Shown here one piece after another: positions 1 to 9,202 of a stretch of DNA of 64,000 bases. Position 1 is the stretch's first letter. Each line of letters opens with the position of its first letter. A model generated the notes under the pieces. That model did not search any database, was not told the origin of the DNA, and worked only from the letters and a program-made list of their open reading frames with translations. The position numbers and the translations under genes were made by a program. Source of the DNA: Candidatus Poribacteria bacterium (lineage in GTDB: Bacteria > Poribacteria > WGA-4E > GCA-2687025); contig OY762492.1 of assembly GCA_963665845.2 (NCBI GenBank), forward strand, positions 896,001-960,000. The letters run 5' to 3'.

Positions 1-840
1 AACGCGCTGACCGAAGCGGGCGTCAAAATTCCGATGTTGCCGGGATCCGTCTCCGCCACGGTGCCGCAGTCGTACTCGCATTATGTACTGACGGTTTCCA
101 ACAACCTCGTACAAGCGAACATTACGGCAAACTTCGCCTTTACAGAGCTGGGAATCGGCTCGATCGGCATCGCCTCGCTGGCGCCGGACGAATTCTCGCG
201 CGTCTTGACCGAAAGATTTGCGCGCGATTATGAAGCGCTTGGAGGAACAATTACGGCAGCCGTCGAATACGCGATCGGCGCAACCGACTTCGCATCGCAA
301 ATTGAGACGCTCATGGACAGCGAACCTGAAGCGATTCTCCTTGCCAGCTTTGCGCCTGAAGTCCCGCTCTTTATTGAGCAGGCGCGCGCGATGGGGTATG
401 AAGGGCAATTCATCGGGACGGACGGCTGGGACGATTTTGCGACGTTCTACAACGTCCTTGACGACAATTCCGTGATGGACGGCTCCTACTACACCGCCAA
501 CTTCTTCCCTGGCAGCGGCGATCCGACCGCCGACGCCTTCGCCGACGCCTTCATGAGCGCATACGGCATCATCGCTGACAGCACAGCGGCGGCAGGTTAC
601 GACTCCATGAAGCTGCTGGCTCAAGCCATCGAAACGGCGAAAGACGGCATGGACGGCGAGGCGATGCCGGACGCGGACGCCATCCTTGCGGCTCTGCTCG
701 CGACGAAAGACTACCGAGGCGCGACGGCGATTTCGCATTTCGATGAAAGCCGCTCCCCCGTCAAAGAGTACATCATCTTAACGATAGAAAACGGGGCGCC
801 GGCGTTCCATAGAACATGGCAAGATTCAAGAATCGATTGA
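1..840 (+). CDS. ABC transporter substrate-binding protein, LivJ/LivK (Peripla_BP_6) family; 5'-truncated by the window edge
   Basis: Frame open from base 1; motifs GATDFASQI, FIGTDGWD, AAAGYDSMKLLAQAI; close paralog of the next gene. Confidence 0.85.
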   Translation, partial: NALTEAGVKIPMLPGSVSATVPQSYSHYVLTVSNNLVQANITANFAFTELGIGSIGIASLAPDEFSRVLTERFARDYEALGGTITAAVEYAIGATDFASQIETLMDSEPEAILLASFAPEVPLFIEQARAMGYEGQFIGTDGWDDFATFYNVLDDNSVMDGSYYTANFFPGSGDPTADAFADAFMSAYGIIADSTAAAGYDSMKLLAQAIETAKDGMDGEAMPDADAILAALLATKDYRGATAISHFDESRSPVKEYIILTIENGAPAFHRTWQDSRID

Positions 841-859
841 AGGCGCAGACGCGGCGGAG

Positions 860-1048
860 CTGACCTCATGCCTAAAGTTGGGACATTTGAATAGACGATC
901 GCTCTATTCATGGGAAAAAGGCGCCGCCAACCAAACGGTCCCCCGCTTCCGCGAGGACATGCATTCCCGCGTAAGCGGGAATCTAGAGGCGCCGCAGAAA
1001 CCGTCCGCGTCCGCCAGGCGGAATGTCCCAACTAAGACGTAAGGTCAG
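860..1048. mobile_element. ~190-bp MITE-like element, copy 1 (imperfect ~27-bp terminal inverted repeats, internal REP palindrome)
   Basis: Left CTGACCTCATGCCTAAAGTTGGGACAT, right ATGTCCCAACTAAGACGTAAGGTCAG; internal ATTCCCGCGTAAGCGGGAAT; colinear with 4381-4570. Confidence 0.75.
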
Positions 1049-1072
1049 AGGGAAGGCGTTGACTGTTTCGCC

Positions 1073-1101
1073 TTGCATGCGCCCGCAACTTGATTTACAA
1101 T
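1073..1101 (+). promoter_or_regulatory. sigma70-type promoter (TTGCAT-17-TACAAT)
   Basis: Hexamers with 17-nt spacer upstream of AAGGAG RBS and ATG 1129. Confidence 0.55.
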
Positions 1102-1128
1102 GGCGGTATGAAAACAAGGAGAAAACGC

Positions 1129-2364
1129 ATGAGCGCAGCAACTGACCGGAAATTCAAATCGCTGCGGCGAATATTCACGGCAATGTTCGCATCTCTGTTT
1201 CTAATTGCGGCTTTGACAGGCTGCGACGATCTGATGTCGGTCCTGGATCCTAAACCGACGCCCGGCGAGACGCTCAAGATCGGCGTCATTCAGCCCTCTC
1301 AATACTACAGCAGTTTTGCGCGGGGGGCGGAGATCGCGCGGATGGAGCTCAACGCTGCCGGCGGCGTTCTTGGGATGCCGGTCGAGTTTGTCGCGCGCGA
1401 CAATCAGGGGACCGATATTTTCCCCACGACCGAAAGTACGATTGGCGCGGCGCATGATCTGATCGTAAACGAGAACGTTGCTGCGATTCTCGGTCCCATC
1501 TTTTCAACGAACTCGGTGGCGCTCGGCGCCGTATTGACCGACTCGGGCATCGATATTCCGATTTTGCCGGCGGCTACCTCCGCTTCGGTGCCGCATTCGT
1601 ACTCCCATTTTGTGCTGGCGGGCGCCAATAACCTGCATCAAGCAAACGCGCTGGCGAATTTTGCCTTGACAGACCTGGGCATTCGTTCGGTCGGCATCGC
1701 GCTGCTTGCCGGCGACGAATACACGCGCGTCACGACAGAAGGTTTCACCAGCGACTTTGAAGCGGGCGGCGGAGAGATCGTCGCCGCCGCCTCCTACGAC
1801 AGCGGAACCGCCGACTTCACAGCGCAAATCAACGCCGTGCTGGCGGGCGAGCCTGAAGCGATCTTTCTCCCCAGCTTCCCTCCAGAAGTGCCGCTGTTTC
1901 TTGAGCAGGCGCGCGCGATGGGTTACGAAGGCGTCTTCATCGGCGCCGACGGATGGGACGACGTCGCCGCATTTTACAGCGTCCTGGATGACAACTCGCT
2001 GATGGACGGATCCTACTACATCGCCAACTTCTTTCCCGGCGGCGACGATCCAGTAGCAAACGCCTTTGCCGACGCGTTCATGAATGCCTACAATGTCCTG
2101 TCCGACAGCTCTGGAGCGGCTGGTTACGACAGCATGAAGCTTCTCGCGCATGCCATCGAAACGGCTGCGGGCGGTATGGACGGCGACAGCAAAATAGCGC
2201 TGCCGGATGCGGACGCCATTCTTGCAGCCTTGGTTGATGTGCAAGATTACCGCGGCGCCACTGCGATCTCGCATTTCGATGAAAATCGCCTCGCGGTCAA
2301 AGACTACATCATCCTGACCATTCAGGACGGCATGCCGGCGTTCCATAAAGCATGGACAGACTAA
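1129..2364 (+). CDS. LivJ/LivK-family substrate-binding lipoprotein
   Basis: Lipobox LTGC; LKIGVIQP, NAAGGVLG, AILGPIFS, GTADFTAQI; AAGGAG RBS before ATG 1129. Confidence 0.88.
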   Translation: MSAATDRKFKSLRRIFTAMFASLFLIAALTGCDDLMSVLDPKPTPGETLKIGVIQPSQYYSSFARGAEIARMELNAAGGVLGMPVEFVARDNQGTDIFPTTESTIGAAHDLIVNENVAAILGPIFSTNSVALGAVLTDSGIDIPILPAATSASVPHSYSHFVLAGANNLHQANALANFALTDLGIRSVGIALLAGDEYTRVTTEGFTSDFEAGGGEIVAAASYDSGTADFTAQINAVLAGEPEAIFLPSFPPEVPLFLEQARAMGYEGVFIGADGWDDVAAFYSVLDDNSLMDGSYYIANFFPGGDDPVANAFADAFMNAYNVLSDSSGAAGYDSMKLLAHAIETAAGGMDGDSKIALPDADAILAALVDVQDYRGATAISHFDENRLAVKDYIILTIQDGMPAFHKAWTD

Positions 2365-2447
2365 GCGGCGGCATGGGAGACAGCGCGGACAACGAATAGT
2401 TTCGCCGTCTGTCTCGCGCAACATAAAAGAACGGAGACAACGAAAAG

Positions 2448-3608
2448 ATGCGCGCTTTTACAGCGGTTACGGTTGCGTTGACAGCGGCGGCGCTGATCGG
2501 ATGCGGCGATATAAGCCAGTTTCTAGAACCGGACGACAAGGTCGAACCGATACGCATCGGCGTCATTCAACCGAGCGGCTATTTTACGGATGTGCTGCGC
2601 GGAGCGGAGCTGGCGCGAACCCTGCTGAATGAGAGCGGCGGCGTTCTCGGCAGACCCGTTCAGTTTGTCATCAAGGACAACCAGGGAGACGACCCGTTTC
2701 CGACGCCGATGCGCACGATTCAGGTCGGCAAGGAGCTGATTGACGAAGGCGTCTTCGCCGTCTTAGGTCCCATCCTTTCAACGAATTCATACGCCTTCGG
2801 CGAGGCGGTCCGCGGCAACCCGATCTTGACGCTGGCGGCGTCCAGTTCGCCCGTTGTAACGGAAGCGAACCCGTATATGTTCATCGTCGTTGCGACGAAC
2901 ACCTTAGAAGCGCAGGCGGTCGCCGACTTCGCCAAAGAGGAGCTGGGCGTCGACAACATCTCCGTTCTTTTTCAAAAGGACGATCTGTTCTCGATCATCG
3001 CGTCCGAGGCGTTTGCGGAGAGTTATGAGGCTGTCGGCGGCGCGGTTGTCTATGAAGGGCAGTATGAGGTCGGCAGCCTAGAGTTTGGCGGCATGTTAGA
3101 GGCGGCGCTGGCGGACAACCCTGGCGCGCTTTTTCTGCCCAGCTTCGCGCCTGAAGTTCCGCGCTTGATGCGTCAGGCGCGCGCGATGGGCTTTCAAGGC
3201 GTTTTTCTTGGTTTAGAAGGATGGGAAGGCATCGAAAAAAGCGACGCGGTGGACGACGCCTCGCTGCTGGACGGCGCGTTCTACGCCTCCAACTTCTCGC
3301 CGGAAACGCCCGGCGCCGGCGCCGAAGCGTTTATTTCCGCATACATGGCGATGTACGGCGTCCTGCCGAACGGCGACGCCGCCCGAAGCTACGACGCCAT
3401 GAACATACTGGCGCAAGCCATCGAGACGGTCGGCGAGCTGGACATGGAAGCGGTAAGAGACGCGGTCTGGGCGACGGAGAATTTCAACGGCGCCACCTTC
3501 ACCGCCCGCTTTGATGAAAACCGGCGCCCCGTCAAAGACCTTGTGATCTTGCGTTTTCAGGACGGCGCCCCGCGTTTTCACCGCCTTATCAAAGCCGCGC
3601 AGCCGTAA
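2448..3608 (+). CDS. LivJ/LivK-family substrate-binding lipoprotein (third paralog)
   Basis: Lipobox LIGC; IRIGVIQP, NESGGVLGRPV, AVLGPILS. Confidence 0.88.
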   Translation: MRAFTAVTVALTAAALIGCGDISQFLEPDDKVEPIRIGVIQPSGYFTDVLRGAELARTLLNESGGVLGRPVQFVIKDNQGDDPFPTPMRTIQVGKELIDEGVFAVLGPILSTNSYAFGEAVRGNPILTLAASSSPVVTEANPYMFIVVATNTLEAQAVADFAKEELGVDNISVLFQKDDLFSIIASEAFAESYEAVGGAVVYEGQYEVGSLEFGGMLEAALADNPGALFLPSFAPEVPRLMRQARAMGFQGVFLGLEGWEGIEKSDAVDDASLLDGAFYASNFSPETPGAGAEAFISAYMAMYGVLPNGDAARSYDAMNILAQAIETVGELDMEAVRDAVWATENFNGATFTARFDENRRPVKDLVILRFQDGAPRFHRLIKAAQP

Positions 3609-3609
3609 A

Positions 3610-4323
3610 TCAGCGGCGCAGACGAAAACGCCCCTCTTCATAAACCGGAAGAACGGGCGCGGCGTCCATCTGCGCGGCATAGTCGATGTCGCGTTCATAA
3701 CCGAAGCGCATCAGCGTCTTGCCATGCTCCGCCTCGCGGAGAGCGGCGCGCAGATCGCCCCGCCGACTCAACCACACCGCTTCCGCCGTCCATGCCGCGT
3801 CGGTCAGGCGGTCAAAAGCGGGTTTGATCCGATGAACGCACGCCCCGGCAAAGAGCGCGTCGTCCAGCGAGAGCCGCCCATGCGTCCCTGCGCATGCGAG
3901 CAGCGCGTCCCCGCCGTCCGCCTCAACCGCTTCGCACACGGCGGAGATGTTGACGAAGGCGCCTGAATACATGCTCCCAGCTCCTTCGGCGGCGCGGATG
4001 AGGCGCGTTCCGTTCGTTGTGGTGAAGTAGATCGTTTTGCCTTCGACGGCGGCGCGTGTATACTCCAGCGGCGAGTTGCCGAGATCGAACCCGTCCAGTT
4101 TGACGTTGCCGCGTTCTCCGCCTAAAAGCGCGTCTTCGCATCCGCCGCGCATTTCTACAGCCTCTTCGGGCGACAGCGCCGGGGCGACCGCCTCCGCTCC
4201 GTTCGACAGAGCCGCCGCGATGGTCGTCGTCGCGCGTAGGATGTCGATCGCAACGACCGCGCCTCCCGCGTCCAAACCGACTCGCGCCGCGTCTAAATAC
4301 AGCAGAACGTCCAATGTTCTCAA
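3610..4323 (-). CDS. comB: 2-phosphosulfolactate phosphatase family protein
   Basis: IDILRATTTI, GGERG, GFDLGNSPLEY, TTTNGT, LDDALFAG; TTG start at 4323 after GAAAGG (the longer ORF to 4419 runs into the MITE). Confidence 0.88.
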   Translation of the reverse strand: MRTLDVLLYLDAARVGLDAGGAVVAIDILRATTTIAAALSNGAEAVAPALSPEEAVEMRGGCEDALLGGERGNVKLDGFDLGNSPLEYTRAAVEGKTIYFTTTNGTRLIRAAEGAGSMYSGAFVNISAVCEAVEADGGDALLACAGTHGRLSLDDALFAGACVHRIKPAFDRLTDAAWTAEAVWLSRRGDLRAALREAEHGKTLMRFGYERDIDYAAQMDAAPVLPVYEEGRFRLRR

Positions 4324-4380
4324 AAGCGCCCTTTCCGTTCGTCTTATATAAGTATAGCCTGACCGCGCCGCCCCGTTCCC

Positions 4381-4570
4381 CTGATCCCATGCGTAAAGTT
4401 GGGACATTTGAACGACCAAAGCCTCTATTCATGGGGAAAAAGCGTCGCCAACCAGACCGTTCCCCGCTTCCGCGAGGACATGCATTCCCGCGTAAGCGGG
4501 AATCCAGAGTCCTGCCCGAAACCGTTCGCGTCCACCAGGCGGAATGTCCCTACTAAAGACGTAAGGTCAG
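4381..4570. mobile_element. ~190-bp MITE-like element, copy 2
   Basis: Left CTGATCCCATGCGTAAAGTTGGGACAT, right ATGTCCCTACTAAAGACGTAAGGTCAG; colinear with 860-1048. Confidence 0.75.
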
Positions 4571-4580
4571 AGCGCCGCGC

Positions 4581-4609
4581 TTGACAGATGAGCCTGCGCG
4601 TCTCATAAT
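4581..4609 (+). promoter_or_regulatory. sigma70-type promoter (TTGACA-17-CATAAT) for the methyltransferase
   Basis: Perfect -35, near-consensus -10, 17-nt spacer. Confidence 0.7.
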
Positions 4610-4681
4610 GAATATGCCAACCGCGGCGACCGAACGCAAGCCGCCTTTTACACCGCCGGCAGCGAAGGGCAGCAAACGCAC

Positions 4682-6190
4682 ATGGCGCTGAAACCGAATC
4701 ATCTTTACTACGGCGATTGCCTCGATTGGATGGAGAGGTGGGAAGACAACTGCGTCGACCTGATCTACCTCGATCCGCCGTTCAACAGCAAGACGAACTA
4801 CAATATGCTGTTTGCCGGCTTGGACGACGGCAAGATTCAGTACCGCGCCTTTACAGACACATGGAGCTGGAACGCCGCGGCAGGACAGCGTTACGGCGAC
4901 TATGAAGCTGCCATGGGCAGACCTGGGCGAGGCGCTGTCGTCGGCTTATACCAGATTTTAGGCGGCTGCGGCATGACGGCGTATCTCACCTACATGGCGG
5001 AGCGGCTGGCAGAGATGCAGCGCATTCTGAAACCGACCGGCTCCATCTACCTGCACTGCGACCCGACGGCGAGCCACTACCTCAAAATCATCATGGACGA
5101 CATCTTCGGCAAAGCAAATTTTCGCAATGAGATTGTGTGGCATTATGAAAATCGGCTGTCTCGAAAAGGCGGGCAGTTCTCTCGACTGCACGACACGATT
5201 CTTGTCTATGGAAAAAGCGAGAAAACAGTACATCATCCCATCTATGATGAAAACTGGACGCCGTCTCCGACGCAGGCGCGCCGCCTGGAGAGAGGCTACG
5301 AAGTCCGCAAAGGCGACCTCATTATCTATGACGAAGAGAAATTTGCCGACAGCGGCATAGAGGAGAGCGATTATGCTAAAGTGTATCGTTCCAAGGCGAA
5401 GCAGCCGCCGTTGGGCGATGTCTGGCAGGTTCCGATACTCAATCCGATGGCTAAAGAGCGTCTAGGCTATGCGACGCAGAAACCGCTTGCGCTTCTGGAG
5501 CGGATTGTCAAGGCGTCCTCCAACGAAGGCGATATTGTCTTGGATCCGTTTTGCGGCTGCGGGACGGCAATCGAGGCGGCGCATCTTCTGAACCGACGTT
5601 GGGCGGGCATCGACATCTCCTCTTTCGCTATCGACCTGATCCGTCGGGAGCGTCCGCATCTCAACAGCCTGAACATACAGGCGGAGCGCATCCCGAAAAA
5701 CATGCGGGACGCGCATGCGCTGGCGCTCGACAATCGGTTTGCGTTTGAGGCATGGGCAGTGGATCGGCTCCCAGGCTTCGCGCCGAACACGAAGCAGACC
5801 GGCGACAGAGGAGTCGACGGGCGCGGAAAGTTGGCGCATGAACCTGACAACTTCGATTCGCGGCTAGCGTTGGCGCAGGTGAAAAGCGGCGCGAAAGTGT
5901 CGCCGAGCGACCTGCGCGACTTCATGGGCGTCATGGGGCGCGACAAAGCCGCCATCGGACGCTTCATCACGCTGGAGCCGATCGCGTCGGGCGACATGCA
6001 TAAAGACGCTTCCAGCCTGGGGCGCATCGCGGTTCATGACAAAACATACCCGCGCCTCAAGCTCTGGTCGATTCATGACTATTTCAACAACGAACCGCCC
6101 GAGCTGCCCGATATGGTGAACCCGTATAAGCGGGGCGAGATCATGGACGCCAAGCAGCAGCGGATGGTTTTCAACCTGAGGGAGAATTGA
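4682..6190 (+). CDS. Site-specific amino-DNA methyltransferase (beta class, N6_N4_Mtase) with C-terminal Mrr-like PD-(D/E)XK domain
   Basis: Motif IV DLIYLDPPF near the N-terminus, YATQKP and motif I LDPFCGCGT later; C-terminal GDRGVDG...AQVKSG. Confidence 0.85.
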   Translation: MALKPNHLYYGDCLDWMERWEDNCVDLIYLDPPFNSKTNYNMLFAGLDDGKIQYRAFTDTWSWNAAAGQRYGDYEAAMGRPGRGAVVGLYQILGGCGMTAYLTYMAERLAEMQRILKPTGSIYLHCDPTASHYLKIIMDDIFGKANFRNEIVWHYENRLSRKGGQFSRLHDTILVYGKSEKTVHHPIYDENWTPSPTQARRLERGYEVRKGDLIIYDEEKFADSGIEESDYAKVYRSKAKQPPLGDVWQVPILNPMAKERLGYATQKPLALLERIVKASSNEGDIVLDPFCGCGTAIEAAHLLNRRWAGIDISSFAIDLIRRERPHLNSLNIQAERIPKNMRDAHALALDNRFAFEAWAVDRLPGFAPNTKQTGDRGVDGRGKLAHEPDNFDSRLALAQVKSGAKVSPSDLRDFMGVMGRDKAAIGRFITLEPIASGDMHKDASSLGRIAVHDKTYPRLKLWSIHDYFNNEPPELPDMVNPYKRGEIMDAKQQRMVFNLREN

Positions 6191-6208
6191 GGGTGGTACG
6201 CCCATGTC

Positions 6209-6590
6209 GTCATTCCCGCGTAAGCGGGAATCCAGAGGCGACCCCGAAACCGTTTGCTGTCTGAACTAAGATTTGCATGATTGAAAAGATTGCCAGGAGA
6301 ATTGTTGAAAACCGACATGCCACCCACACGACATGCCTGCATCTCAAAATTCTATAAATCCTGAAAATCCTAGTTCAGAACCAAGCGCAACCCGCGCCGC
6401 GCCCCTCTCCTCGTCATTCCCGCGCAAGCGGGAATCTTAAGGCATCGCAGCCGCCGCGCCCGTCCCTTAAACCCCCCCTAGCCCCTCTTTTCAAGGGGGA
6501 ATCCGACGCGGCCCCCTTTTTCAAGGAAAATCCAACGCTTCGCCGAAAACATCCCGTATGAGCGTACTGCCCTTCCGTTTCGGTTGACGC
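6209..6590. repeat. Composite intergenic repeat cluster: two REP-like GTCATTCCCGCGYAAGCGGGAATC palindromes, one long AGGATT/AATCCT inverted repeat and a poly-C/poly-G hairpin
   Basis: REP at 6209-6232 and 6413-6436; inverted repeat 6260-6379; CCCCCCCTAGCCCCTCTTTTCAAGGGGG ~6472-6500; 6413-6590 homologous to 26221-26304 and 26427-26570. Confidence 0.8.
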
Positions 6591-6612
6591 GCGGCGCTGC
6601 CCAATATATGCT
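6584..6612 (+). promoter_or_regulatory. sigma70-type promoter (TTGACG-17-TATGCT)
   Basis: 17-nt spacer; AAGGAG RBS then TTG start at 6636. Confidence 0.6.
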
Positions 6613-6635
6613 AACGTCGTTGAAAGGAGCGGCGG

Positions 6636-7907
6636 TTGAGCGGCGGTCGAACGATGCGCATCGGTCTTGTCGGCGTCGGCATGTTCGGCGGGGATGTGCA
6701 TCTGCGTACATACGCCGACCTGGTTCGCAGCGGCATCGCGCCGTATCTGGGGCGGCTGGCGATGGATGAGCATGCGCGCTCTTTTGCGGACATTCGCTTT
6801 GAGCTGTGCGCCGCCGCCGCAAGAACTGAAGAAAGCGCCCAGCGCGCCGCGGACACTTTCCATGCCTGGACAGGAAAGCGGCCCGCCTCCTTTTTTGGAG
6901 AAACGCCTTGGGAGCCGATGCTGGACGCCTTCCCCGACCTCGACATGCTCGCCGTTGCGACGCCCGATCATCTCCACGCGCCGCCCGCTCTCCATGCGCT
7001 CAACCGCGGCGTCCATGTCATCCTTGAAAAGCCGATGACGCTCCGCATGAGCGAGGCGGACGACATACTGAACGCCGCCCGATCCAACAGCCGCATCGTC
7101 GGAATGGACATGCATAAGCGTTACGACCCCGACCATCTGCGCGTCTTCAACGTCTTGATGGAGCAGATTGGGCAGCCGCTTTTTGGGCGCGCCGTTCTTG
7201 AGGAGCCGCTGGAGGTTTCCACAAAAACCTTCAAATGGGCGGCGCAGAGCGACCCGTTCAGCTATGTCGGCGTTCACTGGACGGATCTGTTCATCCATTA
7301 CTGGCGCGTCAAGCCGCGGTCCGTCTTCGCGGTCGGGCAGAAGGCGAAACTGGTTGGCGAATACAACATTGACGCCTACGACGCCGTCCAGGTGAGCGTC
7401 CTGTTTGACAACGGCGCGCATGTGCAGTTCAACAACCACTGGATTCTCCCCCCCGACTTTGAAGGTCCCGTCAACCAAGAGAGCGAAATTTTAGGTACGC
7501 GCGGCAAGATCGAATCGGACAGCCAAGACCGCGGCCTGCGCTATTTCGTTGAAGGCGGAGGAACGCGCACCGCCAACACCCACATGACGCGCCAGATACA
7601 ACGCGCGGACGGCTCCGAGGCGACGGTCGGATACGGAAAAGACAGCCTCATCGCATGCGTCGCCGCCGTCGCGCGGCATAAGTTCAACGGCGAAACGATC
7701 CGCTCTTTAAAAGGAACCTACCCCGACGGCGAGGATGGACGGCTCTCCGTCGCCATCGTCGAAGCGGCGCGGGAGACACGCGACCTGAATTTCCGCCATT
7801 TCAAAGACGGAAATGGAACGCCCGCGACGGCGCTTCTGAACGAAGAGGGCATTTTGATATACGACCCGATCGGCGGAAACCGCCGCGTCTACGGCGGAAA
7901 GATATGA
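6636..7907 (+). CDS. Gfo/Idh/MocA family NAD(P)-dependent oxidoreductase
   Basis: IGLVGVGMFG Rossmann loop; VATPDHLH, HVILEKPM, HKRYDP. Confidence 0.88.
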   Translation: MSGGRTMRIGLVGVGMFGGDVHLRTYADLVRSGIAPYLGRLAMDEHARSFADIRFELCAAAARTEESAQRAADTFHAWTGKRPASFFGETPWEPMLDAFPDLDMLAVATPDHLHAPPALHALNRGVHVILEKPMTLRMSEADDILNAARSNSRIVGMDMHKRYDPDHLRVFNVLMEQIGQPLFGRAVLEEPLEVSTKTFKWAAQSDPFSYVGVHWTDLFIHYWRVKPRSVFAVGQKAKLVGEYNIDAYDAVQVSVLFDNGAHVQFNNHWILPPDFEGPVNQESEILGTRGKIESDSQDRGLRYFVEGGGTRTANTHMTRQIQRADGSEATVGYGKDSLIACVAAVARHKFNGETIRSLKGTYPDGEDGRLSVAIVEAARETRDLNFRHFKDGNGTPATALLNEEGILIYDPIGGNRRVYGGKI

Positions 7908-9187
7908 GCATGCGTCCGCGCGAACCGAAATCGGACGCGGCGCGGGAAAAGCTGCGCCGTTATGTGCCGCTCGGACATAAAACCTACACGCCGTCGCAGC
8001 TGGTCGTTCAACGGGCGGAGGGCTGCTGGATGGAAACGCCGGAAGGGCGCCGCCTGATCGATTTCACATCGGGCGTCTTGGCGGCGAATCTGGGTCATGG
8101 GCATGCGGCGTTTGAGGAGGCGTTCGCCCGCTACACACAAGGCGCGCCGCGCAACTGTTACAACGCGGTATCGCCCCTTGAGCCGTTAGCGGCGGAACGG
8201 TTGATCGCCAACATGAACTCCCCCAAAATGCAGAAAGTTCTCTGGGCGGATTCAGGCTCGGCGGGCGTTATCAAAGCGATCTGGTGCGCCCAGCATGCGC
8301 GTCCAGACAGGCGGCTCATCTTGGCGACGCGGGACGGCTTCCATGGCAAAAAGGGTCTCGCGGGCGACGTCACCGGCGACACGAGCCAGAACCCGGATGT
8401 CGTCTTCATCTCCTTCCCGCGCAAAGAGGCGTACGACATCGACATGCTCCCGCAAACGGAGGCGCAGGCGGAAATGCTCATCAAGCCGTACCGCGCCGAG
8501 CTGGAGCGCGTCCAGCAGGAACGCGGCAATCCGCTGCTGCTCATCACCGAGCCGTATCTGGGGGCGGCGGGGTCGTTTCATCCGCCCTTTTGGCATCTGA
8601 AACTGCTGTCCGAATGGTGCGCCGAAAACGATGTCCTCTTCATTTTAGACGAGGTGCAGTCATGCCACGGACGGACAGGCGAGATGTATGCTTATCAACG
8701 GTATGGAATCGACCCGGACATCGTTGTGTTGGGAAAAGGGTTAGGGAACGGGGAGCCGGTCGCGGCGGTCGTCGGCAGATCCGACCTGCTCGATTCGTTG
8801 AAATACGGCGAAGCGTCCGACACGTTCAGCGGCAACCCGCGCGCCTGCGCCGCGGTCTTGTCCGCGCTGGATGTTTTTGAAACGGAGCCTGTTTTGGAAA
8901 ATTGCCGGCGCATGTCGAAGCGGATGAAGGCGGGTCTCTGCGCCTTGCGGGATGAGTTTGACGCGGCGCGCGCCGTGCGCGGCGAGGGGCTTGTCTGGGG
9001 ACTGGAGATGCGCAGCGCCGCCGACGCCGAAAAAGCGGTTCTAGAATGTTACCGAGAAGGGCTGCATCTGCTCGGTCCGCTGGCAGGCAAAACGCTGCGC
9101 GTGTCGCCGCCGCTGGTCATCTCGGAGGCGGAACTGGACGAAGGGCTGGCGCGGATGCGGCGCGGATTGTCGGCGCTTCAAGCATGA
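7904..9187 (+). CDS. Class III PLP-dependent aminotransferase
   Basis: IDFTSGV..NLGHGH, GFHG, FILDEVQS, PDIVVLGKGLGNG, TFSGNP; ATGA overlap with the upstream gene. Confidence 0.9.
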   Translation: MSMRPREPKSDAAREKLRRYVPLGHKTYTPSQLVVQRAEGCWMETPEGRRLIDFTSGVLAANLGHGHAAFEEAFARYTQGAPRNCYNAVSPLEPLAAERLIANMNSPKMQKVLWADSGSAGVIKAIWCAQHARPDRRLILATRDGFHGKKGLAGDVTGDTSQNPDVVFISFPRKEAYDIDMLPQTEAQAEMLIKPYRAELERVQQERGNPLLLITEPYLGAAGSFHPPFWHLKLLSEWCAENDVLFILDEVQSCHGRTGEMYAYQRYGIDPDIVVLGKGLGNGEPVAAVVGRSDLLDSLKYGEASDTFSGNPRACAAVLSALDVFETEPVLENCRRMSKRMKAGLCALRDEFDAARAVRGEGLVWGLEMRSAADAEKAVLECYREGLHLLGPLAGKTLRVSPPLVISEAELDEGLARMRRGLSALQA

Positions 9188-9202
9188 AAGGAGCGGAGCC
9201 GT

